Shown here: positions 1-9,882 of the stretch, piece after piece | How the letters are laid out: each line of letters starts with the position of its first letter | Numbering within the stretch: position 1 is the first letter of the stretch | Assembly (NCBI GenBank): GCA_965656375.1 | Contig: CBFHKH010000001.1 | Location: forward strand, 13,432-77,431 | Direction of reading: 5' to 3' | DNA: 64,000 nt | Source: Minisyncoccia bacterium | Lineage (GTDB): Bacteria > Patescibacteriota > Minisyncoccia > Phycocordibacterales > UBA9973 | The notes under the pieces: generated by a model | The model's database searches: none | Told to the model about the DNA's origin: nothing | What the model saw: the letters and a program-made list of their open reading frames with translations, nothing else | Position numbers and translations under genes: made by a program

Positions 1-1
1 A

Positions 2-505
2 TATCCAGATCGTGATGAAGGGGATTTGACGGCATATCGTTCAGCTCTCGTGAATGCCGTTATCATCGGTGAAGTTGCACATGAACTCGGAATGAACGAA
101 TACTTACTCCTCTCAAAAGGTGAAGCAAAAGACGCAGGTCGTGCACGCAGTTATATCCTCGCTAATACTTACGAAGCATATGTTGGTGCAGTGTATCTTG
201 ATCAAGGATATGATGTAGCTCAAAAATTTATTGCGCATACGTTGTTTGGCAAAATCGATATGATTGTTGCGAAGAAGCTCTGGCGTGATGCAAAGAGTCT
301 CATTCAGGAGAAAGCACAGGAACATCTGAATGTTACTCCATCATACAAGGTATTAAACGAGACAGGCCCTGATCATGATAAGCATTTTACTATTGGTGTA
401 TTTTTCGGTGATGAGTGTATTGCAGAAGGAAAAGGTAAGAGTAAGCAAGAGGCTGAGCAGATGGCTGCACGTAGCGCATTAGAAATTAAAGATTGGCTTG
501 ATTAA
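2..505 (+). CDS. rnc: Ribonuclease III (5' part outside the window)
   Basis: Frame open from the window edge (YPDRDEGDLTAYRSALVN); RNase III helix LANTYEAYVGAVYLD; dsRBD with GPDHDKHF and GKSKQEAEQMAA. Confidence 0.95.
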   Translation, partial: YPDRDEGDLTAYRSALVNAVIIGEVAHELGMNEYLLLSKGEAKDAGRARSYILANTYEAYVGAVYLDQGYDVAQKFIAHTLFGKIDMIVAKKLWRDAKSLIQEKAQEHLNVTPSYKVLNETGPDHDKHFTIGVFFGDECIAEGKGKSKQEAEQMAARSALEIKDWLD

Positions 506-507
506 GT

Positions 508-2769
508 ATGACTCTTAAATCTCTCGAGCTTAATGGATTCAAATCATTCGGTAAAAAAGGTACTGTTTCTTTTACAACGCCGATCACTGCTGTAGTTGGT
601 CCGAATGGATCGGGTAAGTCTAACATCGTTGAATCTATTCGGTTCGTTTTAGGTGAACAATCAATGAAATCTCTTCGCGGAAAGGGTGGAGTTGATCTCA
701 TATTCAAGGGTTCGAAAGCGCTTTCACACAGCAATCACGCCCAAGTAACAATCACATTTGATAACAGCAAAAAGGTATTCTCTTTTACCAACAGTGGACT
801 TGGAGTATCTCTTGAGTACGATGAAGTGAGTATCTCCCGTGAAGTTTTTGCCGATGGAGCAAACAAGTATAGTATAAATGGTTCTGAAGTGCGTCTGAAA
901 GATGTGATTGATCTCCTTGCATCGGTTAACATCGGTAGTTCAGGACATCATATTATCTCTCAAGGTGAGGCAGATCGTGTGCTCAACGCTTCGAATAAAG
1001 ATCGACGTGCGATGATCGAAGACGCGCTTGGATTAAAAGTATATCAATATCGCATTAAAGAATCAGAACGGAAACTCGAGAAGACATTTTTAAATATGAA
1101 AGAGGTACAAGCGCTCCGTCGCGAGATCGCACCACACTTGGCATTTCTCAAAAAGCAGGTCCAAGTTGTAGAAAAAGCCCGTGCGATGCGCGAAGAGCTA
1201 GGGGGTCTTTACAAGTCGTATTTTTCCCAAGAAGCAGCGTATATTCAAAAAGAAACAAAGCGCCTTACCCACAACCGACGAGAACTTGATGAAAAAGGTC
1301 TTTCACTTGATGAGCGCATAGAGAAACTTCAAACAGAAAAGAGAGAAGACAAAGTCGAGAGCTCACACATCACAAAGATCAAAGAGTATGAAGGAGAAAT
1401 GTCTCTTTTACGTGCAAAAAAAGATGAACACGCACGTTCTCTTGGTCGTATCGAAGGAATCCTTGAAAGTCTTGAGCGGCAGCTTGCGAAAGTAGAAAAT
1501 ACTGAAGAACACATGCTCTCTCTATCAGAATGGAATACAATCGTGAATGATTTAGAAGAGCGTATAGACGCAGCATTGGAATCTGAGAATTTGGGTACCA
1601 TGATGCAGATTTTGCATTCGATGAAAGAAAAGTTGCACGCTCTTCACACAGATTCTACTCCGGTAAAACATACTGGAAATACAGAACTACAAACAGAATT
1701 TGATGAGCTCAAAGTCCAAAAAGCAAATCTCGTGGAGAGTATTGAACATATCAAAGAACAAGAGAAACATATTCAGGCCGAGATAGCTAATCTCCGCGCT
1801 CTTGAAAAAGAAGCAGAAGAGAATCTTCGCGATAGTGAGCGTGTACTCTACGAACTTCTTCGCGAAAAAAACGAAGTTACTTCTGATATGCATTCACTTG
1901 TATTTGAAGAAGAGAAGTTGGCAGGAATCAAGAATGCATTTGAAATAGAGATCGCGGAAGGAGGAGCGCTTATCGGGCGCGAGGCTCTTTCATATCTGCA
2001 GGTAAGCGTTGAAGGTGAAGTAACGAGAACTGTCCAAGAGGAGCTTCGTCGCAAAATTGAACGTATAAAGATCAAACTCGAAGATGCAGGAACGGGGAGT
2101 GGCGCTGAAATATACAAAGAATACGAGGACACCGAAGCACGCGACACATTTTTGGTAAAAGAAATCGATGATCTTACACAGAGTATTGAGTCTTTAAAAG
2201 TTCTTATTGGTGAATTAAAAGATACGCTTGATACGGAATTCAAAGGTGGTGTAGACAAGATCAACAAGCAATTCAACGAATTCTTCTCACTTATGTTCGG
2301 TGGTGGTAGTGCACATCTCTCTGTTGTCGTAGAGCATAAGCGCCAGAAGAAATCTGAAGATGAAGAGGACGAATCAATAGAGATAGATACTGACGATAGT
2401 GGGATCGAGCTTGAGCGGGGAATTGAAATCAATGTCACACTCCCGCAAAAGAAAGTCAAAGACTTGCATATGCTCTCTGGTGGCGAGCGCTCGCTTACTT
2501 CTATTGCACTTCTCTTTGCGATGTCCCAAGTGAATCCTCCACCATTCCTCGTGCTTGATGAGACGGATGCAGCTCTCGATGAGGCAAATTCTCGCAAATA
2601 CGGCAATATGTTAGAGAATCTATCCAAGTACTCCCAGTTGGTCGTCGTTACTCATAATCGCGAGACGATGTCACGTGCTCAAGTCCTGTACGGAGTCACT
2701 ATGGATTCCTCTGGAGTTTCAAAACTTCTTTCTATTCGTCTCGAAGACGCTAGCACGTACGCAAAATAA
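508..2769 (+). CDS. smc: SMC-family chromosome segregation ATPase, short form (753 aa)
   Basis: N-terminal LELNGFKSF, Walker A GPNGSGKSN, Q-loop ISQG, coiled coil, signature LSGGE, Walker B LDETDAALD; follows rnc as in many bacteria. Confidence 0.88.
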   Translation: MTLKSLELNGFKSFGKKGTVSFTTPITAVVGPNGSGKSNIVESIRFVLGEQSMKSLRGKGGVDLIFKGSKALSHSNHAQVTITFDNSKKVFSFTNSGLGVSLEYDEVSISREVFADGANKYSINGSEVRLKDVIDLLASVNIGSSGHHIISQGEADRVLNASNKDRRAMIEDALGLKVYQYRIKESERKLEKTFLNMKEVQALRREIAPHLAFLKKQVQVVEKARAMREELGGLYKSYFSQEAAYIQKETKRLTHNRRELDEKGLSLDERIEKLQTEKREDKVESSHITKIKEYEGEMSLLRAKKDEHARSLGRIEGILESLERQLAKVENTEEHMLSLSEWNTIVNDLEERIDAALESENLGTMMQILHSMKEKLHALHTDSTPVKHTGNTELQTEFDELKVQKANLVESIEHIKEQEKHIQAEIANLRALEKEAEENLRDSERVLYELLREKNEVTSDMHSLVFEEEKLAGIKNAFEIEIAEGGALIGREALSYLQVSVEGEVTRTVQEELRRKIERIKIKLEDAGTGSGAEIYKEYEDTEARDTFLVKEIDDLTQSIESLKVLIGELKDTLDTEFKGGVDKINKQFNEFFSLMFGGGSAHLSVVVEHKRQKKSEDEEDESIEIDTDDSGIELERGIEINVTLPQKKVKDLHMLSGGERSLTSIALLFAMSQVNPPPFLVLDETDAALDEANSRKYGNMLENLSKYSQLVVVTHNRETMSRAQVLYGVTMDSSGVSKLLSIRLEDASTYAK

Positions 2770-2800
2770 AACCACTCTTAAAGAGTGGTTTTATTTTGCG
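2760..2800. terminator. Bidirectional terminator overlapping the ends of two convergent genes
   Basis: Perfect 19-bp inverted repeat CGCAAAATAAAACCACTCT-taa-AGAGTGGTTTTATTTTGCG. Confidence 0.75.
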
Positions 2801-4430
2801 CTTCGTTCTCTTTTTTCTGTTTCAAGTATTCGTTTATTGTCTGACCACTTTTCCGTATCTCAAGAGCATTCTTAATACCGACATAGCGATAATGCCAGGC
2901 TTCGTACATGTAACCAGTGATATCTAACTTATTTTCTGGATAGCTTTGTACAAATCCATATTCATGTGCATGTTGTTCGAGCCACGTATCTTCTTTCGTA
3001 TCTTTGAATTTGATAGTTGCAGATGCATTTGCGATAGATGAACCTGTTAGATCAACAGCAACTCCGAGCTGGTGTTCTGAGTATCCTGGCTTTGCGACTG
3101 CAATTGTCGCATTTTTATTTCCGCTTTGTATGTTGCTTGCAAGTATTGCTTTCTGTGTAGCATAGCTTCTAAAGCCTGATGATGCTTTTATCGTACGCCC
3201 GTCTTTCTTTGCTGCCGCGACCATCGCACCCAACGCTTCCCGCGCTTCCTTTCGGAGACAGATAGAGGTTGTCGATGTACTCTTGTCGAGAAGTTCAAGA
3301 TCAGAAGGGATATACAGTGGTTCAGGTATTGCTACCGTTTGTCCCACATCAAGATATGTATAATCTAGATATTCTTTGTCAGGTTGCGGACACGCTCTTT
3401 TCCGTTCTGCTTCTGCTCGATCCTTGAATATGCCCTCAGGTTGGTATTTTTTGTTGAGTGTTATAACCTTGTGTTCTGTTTTTGTAAGCTCTTTGCCGAG
3501 ATATGTCGCTTGAAAGAGCATGCCTTCCATCGTGTCTTTTGAAAAATGCTGATCAAAGATGAAATTACCGAGTGAATAGACAATCGGCTTTCCTTTGTAT
3601 ATCTCAATATCTTCTATAACATGCGGATGATGTCCGATTACCATATCTGCACCGTTATCGATGGCAAGATGCGCAAGTACTTCCTGACGTATAGTATGGA
3701 TTTTCTTGTATTCCTCGCCCCAGTGGAAAGAAACGATAAGAACATCAGATTTTGCTTTTGCGTTTTTTAATATCTCTGGAAGCTGAGGATCACTTGCAAG
3801 CAATATTCCCGGTGTATCAGCTTTTGCAGCGATCCAGTCGGGACCGACATCAGAAAGTGCGATGAATCCGAATTTTATACCATTTCGCTCAATGAGCGTA
3901 GGCATCTCTGCCTCACTTTTTGTAAAACCTGCTCCAGCTTTCGCGATACCGATAGCATTCAATCGCGTAAGGGTATCTGTAAAGGCGGTCATGTTCCAGT
4001 CGCCGACATGGTTATTTGCAAACGATACAATATCAAAACCCGCATCCTTTAGTGCAGGGAGTACAATTGGATCCATGCGGAATGAATATTTACTACCAAC
4101 ATTGTTGCCTACATCAGATACATCACCTTCGAGGTTTGCAAAGAGGATATCGGCTTTTTTCAATTCACCGAGATGTGCGAAGAGTTTGCTATAGTCACCG
4201 CCGAAATTTTTTGTTACAGATGTACGCACAGAACGATCAAGCATGATGTCTCCCAAGAAGTAGAGAGTTGTTTCTTTTGGTAGGGGTGCTGGGATGATTG
4301 TTGTTTGTGAATTAATTACAGAAGCCTTCTGAGTATCTCCGTTAGGGAAGTACATATGCACCGCAAAGAATCCAATGATGAATCCTAGAGCAAGTACGCC
4401 GAGTATAAGTACTGTATGTTTCCTTTCCAT
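2778..4430 (-). CDS. Membrane-anchored CapA (PGA_cap metallophosphatase-like) domain fused to a VanY/M15B D,D-carboxypeptidase
   Basis: N-terminal TM; CapA motifs GDIMLDR, NLEG, ANNH, FHWGEEY, GHHPH, YSLGNF; M15B motifs SGFRS, PGYSEHQLGVAVD, EAWHYRYVG. Confidence 0.88.
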   Translation of the reverse strand: MERKHTVLILGVLALGFIIGFFAVHMYFPNGDTQKASVINSQTTIIPAPLPKETTLYFLGDIMLDRSVRTSVTKNFGGDYSKLFAHLGELKKADILFANLEGDVSDVGNNVGSKYSFRMDPIVLPALKDAGFDIVSFANNHVGDWNMTAFTDTLTRLNAIGIAKAGAGFTKSEAEMPTLIERNGIKFGFIALSDVGPDWIAAKADTPGILLASDPQLPEILKNAKAKSDVLIVSFHWGEEYKKIHTIRQEVLAHLAIDNGADMVIGHHPHVIEDIEIYKGKPIVYSLGNFIFDQHFSKDTMEGMLFQATYLGKELTKTEHKVITLNKKYQPEGIFKDRAEAERKRACPQPDKEYLDYTYLDVGQTVAIPEPLYIPSDLELLDKSTSTTSICLRKEAREALGAMVAAAKKDGRTIKASSGFRSYATQKAILASNIQSGNKNATIAVAKPGYSEHQLGVAVDLTGSSIANASATIKFKDTKEDTWLEQHAHEYGFVQSYPENKLDITGYMYEAWHYRYVGIKNALEIRKSGQTINEYLKQKKENEAQNKTTL

Positions 4431-4431
4431 A

Positions 4432-5121
4432 TTAGTTTGTAATAAGAGCAGGATCTAGGAATGTGTACCCTTGAGCCTCGATTATTTTTAATAAATCATC
4501 CAGGTATTTCGTCGTCCATTCATGCTCATGGAGGAGGATGATCTCACCCGGGTGGAGTGTGGATGTGACATTATTTATGAATTTTGTTTTATCTTTGGCA
4601 TCCTTCTCCCAATCTAGCGCCGAGCCTGACCAGTTCATCGATATCATACCTTCATTTTTGATGAGATCTTTGGCATATGGAGTGGTCATTCCGTAGGGCG
4701 CACGGAAGAATCGCGGCATCTGTCCTGTTTCTTTTTGTATGAGCGTATTCGTATCGTCGATTTCTTTTTTGATCTTGTTCTCTTTTTTCTCCTTTTTCAA
4801 ATTTATATGGCTCCAAGTGTGGTTGCCGATAGCAAAGCCATCTTTGAATTGAAACGCAATGTTGCCTTTGTTGCCCTTGTCGTGGATACCATTTATGAAA
4901 AATATTGCTTTTGCGTTGTGCATATTGAGGATCCGTACCATTTCTTTTCCGTACTTGCTCGGACCATCATCAATCGTGATAAGTACAACTCGTTTGTTGC
5001 CGTTAGGATCGTGCGGTATAAGGTTTACATTTTTATCGATAAAATACCCTGACGTACCCGCATGGAGAACGAAAGGGGAGAAAAGGAGGGCTATGGCAAG
5101 TGTCGTTGAGTATTTCTTCAT
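4432..5121 (-). CDS. Secreted polysaccharide/peptidoglycan deacetylase (NodB/CE4 family)
   Basis: Signal peptide; TIDDGP, GNHTWSH, FRAPYG and ILLHE motifs. Confidence 0.9.
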   Translation of the reverse strand: MKKYSTTLAIALLFSPFVLHAGTSGYFIDKNVNLIPHDPNGNKRVVLITIDDGPSKYGKEMVRILNMHNAKAIFFINGIHDKGNKGNIAFQFKDGFAIGNHTWSHINLKKEKKENKIKKEIDDTNTLIQKETGQMPRFFRAPYGMTTPYAKDLIKNEGMISMNWSGSALDWEKDAKDKTKFINNVTSTLHPGEIILLHEHEWTTKYLDDLLKIIEAQGYTFLDPALITN

Positions 5122-5124
5122 AGG

Positions 5125-7068
5125 TTAGAGAAGTGTGTAATCAATAGTTTTTTTGTTTCTATCAGCACCTTTTACTTTAAATTCTACAGTGTCGCCGAGT
5201 GTGTATTTTTTGTGTTTTTTCTGGCCTCTGATACTCATGTATTTCTTGTCGAATACATAATAGTCGTCATCGAGGTCACGCATGCGGATCATACCTTCAC
5301 ACTTTGTCTTTTTGTCTTCGATATAGAGCCCCCACTCGGTTACACCCGTAATGATACCTTCGAATTTCTGCCCAATACGAGTCGACATGTATTCTACTTG
5401 CTTGTATTTGATAGATGCACGTTCTGCTTCTGCAGCTTCTTTTTCTCGGCTCGATGCTTCGCTGCTCATCTCCTCGTACTCTCTCCAGCGTTCCTTTGGA
5501 ATGAGTTTGTCGTTTAGGAATGATGCCAGTAATCGGTGGACAATCACGTCAGGATAGCGGCGAATAGGGGAGGTAAAATGAGTATAGAATTTAAATCCGA
5601 GCCCGTAGTGTCCGATGTTTTTCGTAGAGTAGATAGCTTTTGCCATCGTCCGTATGATGATGCTATGCACGGTGTCGCGTAGAGGATTATGCTCAAGCTT
5701 ACCGATGAGCGCGTTAATCTCCTCGGATGGGATGACTCCGTCTTTAAGTTTTACGTTATAGCCAAGTTTCTTGAGAAATGTGACGAGGTCCTGCATCTTT
5801 TCCTTGTTCGGAGTATCGTGGATACGGTAGAGTACTACGCCTTGGACACCTTTTTTCTTTGTAGACATATATTCAGCGACGCGTCTGTTTGAAAGCAACA
5901 TAAACTCTTCGATCATTTTGTGTGTGTCGCCACGGGCTTTGGTGTATACCGAAATAGGAACTCCATTTTGATCGAGTTTGAATTTTACTTCTTCAGTTTC
6001 AAGAGATATTGCTCCTTCGGCAAATCGCTTCTTCAAAAGCTTTTTGGCAATTGCATTGAGCGTTGATAGTTCAGTAAAGAATTGACCTGTACCGTCATCA
6101 AGCACTTTCTGGGCGTTCTCATACGTAAAACGTTTATCTGAGTGTGTTACTGTTCGGCCGAACCACTGTCCATACACTTTTCCATCTTTATCCATCTCAA
6201 ATATGGATGAGAATGTAAGGCGATCGACATCGGGATTCAAGCTGCATAGCCCGTTGGAAAGTTCTTCTGGAAGCATCGGGATAGTGCGATCTACCAAGTA
6301 CACGGATGTCCCTCTACGACGAGCCTCGATATCAAGTGCGGTATTGTGTGTCACGTAGTGCGATACATCGGCGATGTGAATTCCAATTTCGAAATGCCCA
6401 TTCGGAAGCTTCTTGAAAGAAAGTGCATCATCGAAGTCTTTTGCATCTTCTGGGTCTATAGTGAATGTAGTTGTCGCTCGCATATCGCGACGACCCTTCA
6501 AATCTTTTTCTGTGATACCAGCTTCCGCAATCTTCTTTGCTTCTCTATCAACCGCTTGAGGGAAAAGCGCATCGAATCCTTTCTCAAGAGCAATAGCTTC
6601 CATCTCTGCATTGTGTTCCATCGGCATTCCGAGGATTTTTGTTACTTCACCGATCGGCGCTTTTTTCGCGTCTTTCCATTCCGTAATCGTTACGAATACT
6701 TTCTGTCCGATCTTTGCACCACCAAGTTTTTTCTCAGGTATGACGATATCAGCATACATCTTGAGATCTGATGGTATAAGGAAATACGTGTCGTGTTCAC
6801 GTTCGATGATTCCAGAAAAACCAACTTTTGACCTGCGGAGTACTTCTGATACTTCTCCACGGAGAGAGCCATCTTTTGCTTTCGGGTGGAGGAGGACTTT
6901 GACTGTATCGCCTTGGCATGCTGTGTGAAGGAAGGTATGCTCGACTTCAATGACATCATTGGTATGGGGTATGCGGACTGTGCCGACGCCCTTGTGGCTT
7001 ATATGCATTACACCCTCCATGTATCGTTCATGAGTGGGCTTTTTCTTGGTATTTTCTTTCTTTTTCAC
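5125..7068 (-). CDS. rnr: Ribonuclease R
   Basis: RNB motifs TIDPEDAKDFDDALS, HIADVSHYV, HFTSPIRRYPD; C-terminal S1 domain; GTG start. Confidence 0.93.
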   Translation of the reverse strand: MKKKENTKKKPTHERYMEGVMHISHKGVGTVRIPHTNDVIEVEHTFLHTACQGDTVKVLLHPKAKDGSLRGEVSEVLRRSKVGFSGIIEREHDTYFLIPSDLKMYADIVIPEKKLGGAKIGQKVFVTITEWKDAKKAPIGEVTKILGMPMEHNAEMEAIALEKGFDALFPQAVDREAKKIAEAGITEKDLKGRRDMRATTTFTIDPEDAKDFDDALSFKKLPNGHFEIGIHIADVSHYVTHNTALDIEARRRGTSVYLVDRTIPMLPEELSNGLCSLNPDVDRLTFSSIFEMDKDGKVYGQWFGRTVTHSDKRFTYENAQKVLDDGTGQFFTELSTLNAIAKKLLKKRFAEGAISLETEEVKFKLDQNGVPISVYTKARGDTHKMIEEFMLLSNRRVAEYMSTKKKGVQGVVLYRIHDTPNKEKMQDLVTFLKKLGYNVKLKDGVIPSEEINALIGKLEHNPLRDTVHSIIIRTMAKAIYSTKNIGHYGLGFKFYTHFTSPIRRYPDVIVHRLLASFLNDKLIPKERWREYEEMSSEASSREKEAAEAERASIKYKQVEYMSTRIGQKFEGIITGVTEWGLYIEDKKTKCEGMIRMRDLDDDYYVFDKKYMSIRGQKKHKKYTLGDTVEFKVKGADRNKKTIDYTLL

Positions 7069-7131
7069 ATTCGAAGTATAGCATATAAATAGAGGCTTGA
7101 TTGATATATATGTTTATGGTAGGATAGCTCC

Positions 7132-7437
7132 ATGCTCAAAATTCGACTTCAGAGAATAGGACGCAAGAACGACCCAGCTTTCCGGGTTGTTTTAACTGAT
7201 TCCAAAAACGCTGCCAAGAGCGGAAAGTTCAAGGAAATCCTTGGTTCATACAATTTAAAGAGTGGAGAAGTGGTATTCAAGGCTGATCGTATAAAACAGT
7301 GGATCGGCAATGGCGCACAGACTTCTGACACAGTTCATAATTTCCTCGTAAAGCAAAAGCTCATCGAAGGAAAGAAGAAAAATGTATTGTCTAAAAAGAC
7401 CCCAACAAAATCACGTAAAGAACTAAAGAAAGCGTAA
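7132..7437 (+). CDS. rpsP: 30S ribosomal protein S16
   Basis: MLKIRLQRIGRK...FRVVLTDS...EILGSY; rpsP-khpA-trmD context. Confidence 0.97.
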   Translation: MLKIRLQRIGRKNDPAFRVVLTDSKNAAKSGKFKEILGSYNLKSGEVVFKADRIKQWIGNGAQTSDTVHNFLVKQKLIEGKKKNVLSKKTPTKSRKELKKA

Positions 7438-7469
7438 TATAAAAGACCCCGAATGGGGTCTTTTATATT
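7436..7469 (+). terminator. Intrinsic terminator after rpsP
   Basis: AATATAAAAGACCCC-gaat-GGGGTCTTTTATATT. Confidence 0.8.
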
Positions 7470-7560
7470 GTATGTAGTCTTTTCATGATTGTGATATACT
7501 AGTACATGTGCAGGTTGTAGTCGATACACTGCGCAAATTACTATAAGACTATAAGATATT

Positions 7561-7905
7561 ATGGCAGACGATAAAGCATTCCTTGAATATATTGTAAAAG
7601 CATTAGTAGATAATCCGAACGATGTCGTGATCGACCGTACTGTAGATGAAATGGGTGTCCTCATCACTATGACAGTAAACGCCGCAGACATGGGTAAAAT
7701 CATCGGCCGACAGGGTAACACTGCAAAAGCGATCCGCACTCTACTACGAGTTATCGGTATGAAGAACAATGCCCGCGTAAACTTGAAGATCAACGAACCA
7801 GAAGGCGGCTCACAGGTAGACCGCACGCAATCTGCTCCTGCACTGTCACAGGGTGAAGCATCACGATCGGTCGATGCAGCACTCGAAGACTTGAAAGGAA
7901 TTTAA
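7561..7905 (+). CDS. khpA: KH-domain RNA-binding protein (KhpA/YlqC family)
   Basis: LEYIVKALVDNP...DMGKIIGRQGNTAKAIRTLL; downstream of rpsP. Confidence 0.92.
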   Translation: MADDKAFLEYIVKALVDNPNDVVIDRTVDEMGVLITMTVNAADMGKIIGRQGNTAKAIRTLLRVIGMKNNARVNLKINEPEGGSQVDRTQSAPALSQGEASRSVDAALEDLKGI

Positions 7906-7915
7906 TACACATATG

Positions 7916-7945
7916 AAAACGCCCCGCAATACTGCGGGGGTTTTT
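7916..7945. terminator. Bidirectional terminator between khpA and a convergent orphan gene
   Basis: CCCCGCA-atac-TGCGGGG with an A-run before and a T-run after. Confidence 0.75.
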
Positions 7946-7949
7946 ATTT

Positions 7950-8360
7950 TTACTCAAGATAATTTGCTGTGTCATCTGGGTCAAAATTTTCTCCCCAGTG
8001 TAGCCACTTTTCAAAAGTATTAAGAGGCGTGTGTCTGTCATAGTTGATCTTGTACTTCTTTGTAACTTCACAAAATAACATAATGCAACATTGTTCTAAA
8101 ATATCTATGCGAGGTTTCTTTTTCCCTGGTACAAGTTCCGTGTATTTGGGTCTATTAATATCCTGATACTTGTCCTCTTTTAGAGATTTTAAGTATAGAG
8201 AAAAGTGTGGAATTATAGTTGGACCGCCATAGTTTATCATTCTGTTCTTGTGGATTGCCGCTTCTTTGTAGGCAGATTGATATCCTGTAGTATCAAACGA
8301 TACCACTGTACAGAATCTTTTAAATAGATTGAGCATTGGCTCGCTTGTTTGTCTTTTCAT
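7950..8360 (-). CDS. Hypothetical protein (AT-rich orphan)
   Basis: 136-aa ORF with ATG, its own TTGACA/TATATT-like promoter upstream and a terminator downstream; no recognised motif. Confidence 0.6.
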   Translation of the reverse strand: MKRQTSEPMLNLFKRFCTVVSFDTTGYQSAYKEAAIHKNRMINYGGPTIIPHFSLYLKSLKEDKYQDINRPKYTELVPGKKKPRIDILEQCCIMLFCEVTKKYKINYDRHTPLNTFEKWLHWGENFDPDDTANYLE

Positions 8361-8436
8361 GTTGGTATAATTTTTCTTTTAATATACCTTAATTAATAGA
8401 AGTGTCAAATGTGGCCATTTATGATATAGTGGTCTC

Positions 8437-9114
8437 ATGAATTTTTATATCGTGACGTTATTCCCGGAAATGTTTGATTCATATCTGGGAGAGTCTATTT
8501 TGGGACGGGCGATTAAAGAGAAAAAGATTTCTGTGTCGTTTGCTAATCCGCGTATGTTCGTCTCTGGTAAATACAAAAAAGTCTGGCCTGATGGTAATGT
8601 CTCGCGCCAAATTGATGAGCGACCATATGCTGGCGGTCCAGGCATGGTTATGATGGCCGAACCGATTATTAAAGCCGTTGAGTCTATTACACACAAAATA
8701 GCAAAGAGAAAAAACAAAAAAGTTCTTGTTGTAAATTTCATCCCATCTGCGGAAAAATTTACGACGAAAGTCGCAAAGACTATTTCAAAAAAATATACTG
8801 ATGTAATACTTATCTGTGGCAGATATGAAGGGATAGATGCACGAGTTGATAAAATACTGAAGACCAAACAATTCTCAATCGGCGACTATGTGCTGACGGG
8901 GGGTGAAATTCCGGCCATGATTCTGATCGATTGTGTTTCTCGCCAAGTAGAGGGGGTTCTCGGAAATTTTGACTCTCGAGAAGAGGAGCGAGTATCTTCG
9001 AGTGAAGTATATACTCGACCAGAATTGATTATCCACCATAAAAAGAAGTATACCGTTCCTAAAGTACTTCTCTCTGGAGACCACAAAAAAATCAAGGCTT
9101 GGAAATCAAGATAA
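8437..9114 (+). CDS. trmD: tRNA (guanine-N1)-methyltransferase
   Basis: TLFPEMF, PYAGGPGMVM, LICGRYEGIDARV, SIGDYVLTGGE, YTRP, VLLSGDH. Confidence 0.97.
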   Translation: MNFYIVTLFPEMFDSYLGESILGRAIKEKKISVSFANPRMFVSGKYKKVWPDGNVSRQIDERPYAGGPGMVMMAEPIIKAVESITHKIAKRKNKKVLVVNFIPSAEKFTTKVAKTISKKYTDVILICGRYEGIDARVDKILKTKQFSIGDYVLTGGEIPAMILIDCVSRQVEGVLGNFDSREEERVSSSEVYTRPELIIHHKKKYTVPKVLLSGDHKKIKAWKSR

Positions 9115-9200
9115 CGCCACGAACTATATGTTTATAAAGTGTGGATAACCGTAATCTCTTTGTGTTGCTAAATATGCACATATCTGGGATACTAAAGTAT

Positions 9201-9860
9201 ATGAAAAAGTCACATATTAAATTCGCCTTAAAAAGTATTGGGATTTCGACACTAATAGTCACACTTTTTGTTCAAGTCCTATACGTTGCATTTGAACCAA
9301 CAACAGTTAAAGCTGCATCCGTTACAGATGCTATTCTTGTTACTTTGACAGTAGACTCCGGAATAGCAATCACATCACCAGCAGACTGTGCACTTACTCC
9401 AAATATCAGCATTACTGCAAATAGTGCAATATGCAGCTCAACATGGAATGTTAAGACAAACCATGCTACAGGGTACACACTTGCTATCAAAGCTCAAGCG
9501 TCACCAGCACTTGTAAGTGGAGGAAATAGTTTTGCCGACTATACGCCAGCTGTAGCAGGAACTCCAGAACTCTGGTCAGTAGGTTCAGGAGCTAAGGAGT
9601 TTGGTTACTCTGTATTTGGTACTGATTCATCTACTGCAACATGGGGTACGTCTCTTTCATGTGGAACATCAGGAACTCCTGCTGCTGCTCAGAAATATCG
9701 AGATACAACAACAAGTGATGTTACTGTAGCTACACGTGCTGTCCCTACTCCATTTGCAGGTATTGATACTACATTCTGTGGTGCAGCTGCTCAAAATGGT
9801 ATCTACGCTGCAGCAGGATCATACCAAGCGACTATAACTGCGACCGCAACTGAAATATAA
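9201..9860 (+). CDS. Secreted WxL-like / pilin-like beta-rich surface protein
   Basis: Signal peptide ending VKA; V-x-TN-x3-GY-x-L motif and terminal GSYQATITATAT strand; ATG at 9201 preferred over the upstream GTG. Confidence 0.6.
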   Translation: MKKSHIKFALKSIGISTLIVTLFVQVLYVAFEPTTVKAASVTDAILVTLTVDSGIAITSPADCALTPNISITANSAICSSTWNVKTNHATGYTLAIKAQASPALVSGGNSFADYTPAVAGTPELWSVGSGAKEFGYSVFGTDSSTATWGTSLSCGTSGTPAAAQKYRDTTTSDVTVATRAVPTPFAGIDTTFCGAAAQNGIYAAAGSYQATITATATEI

Positions 9861-9882
9861 TTTTAGTTACGACTATTAACCT

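Noticed and set aside
1848-2627. Long antisense ORF in smc, and similar shadow ORFs in rpoB, rpoC, mreB and uvrA
   Set aside because: They lie entirely opposite well-supported genes, have no motifs, and are explained by codon bias
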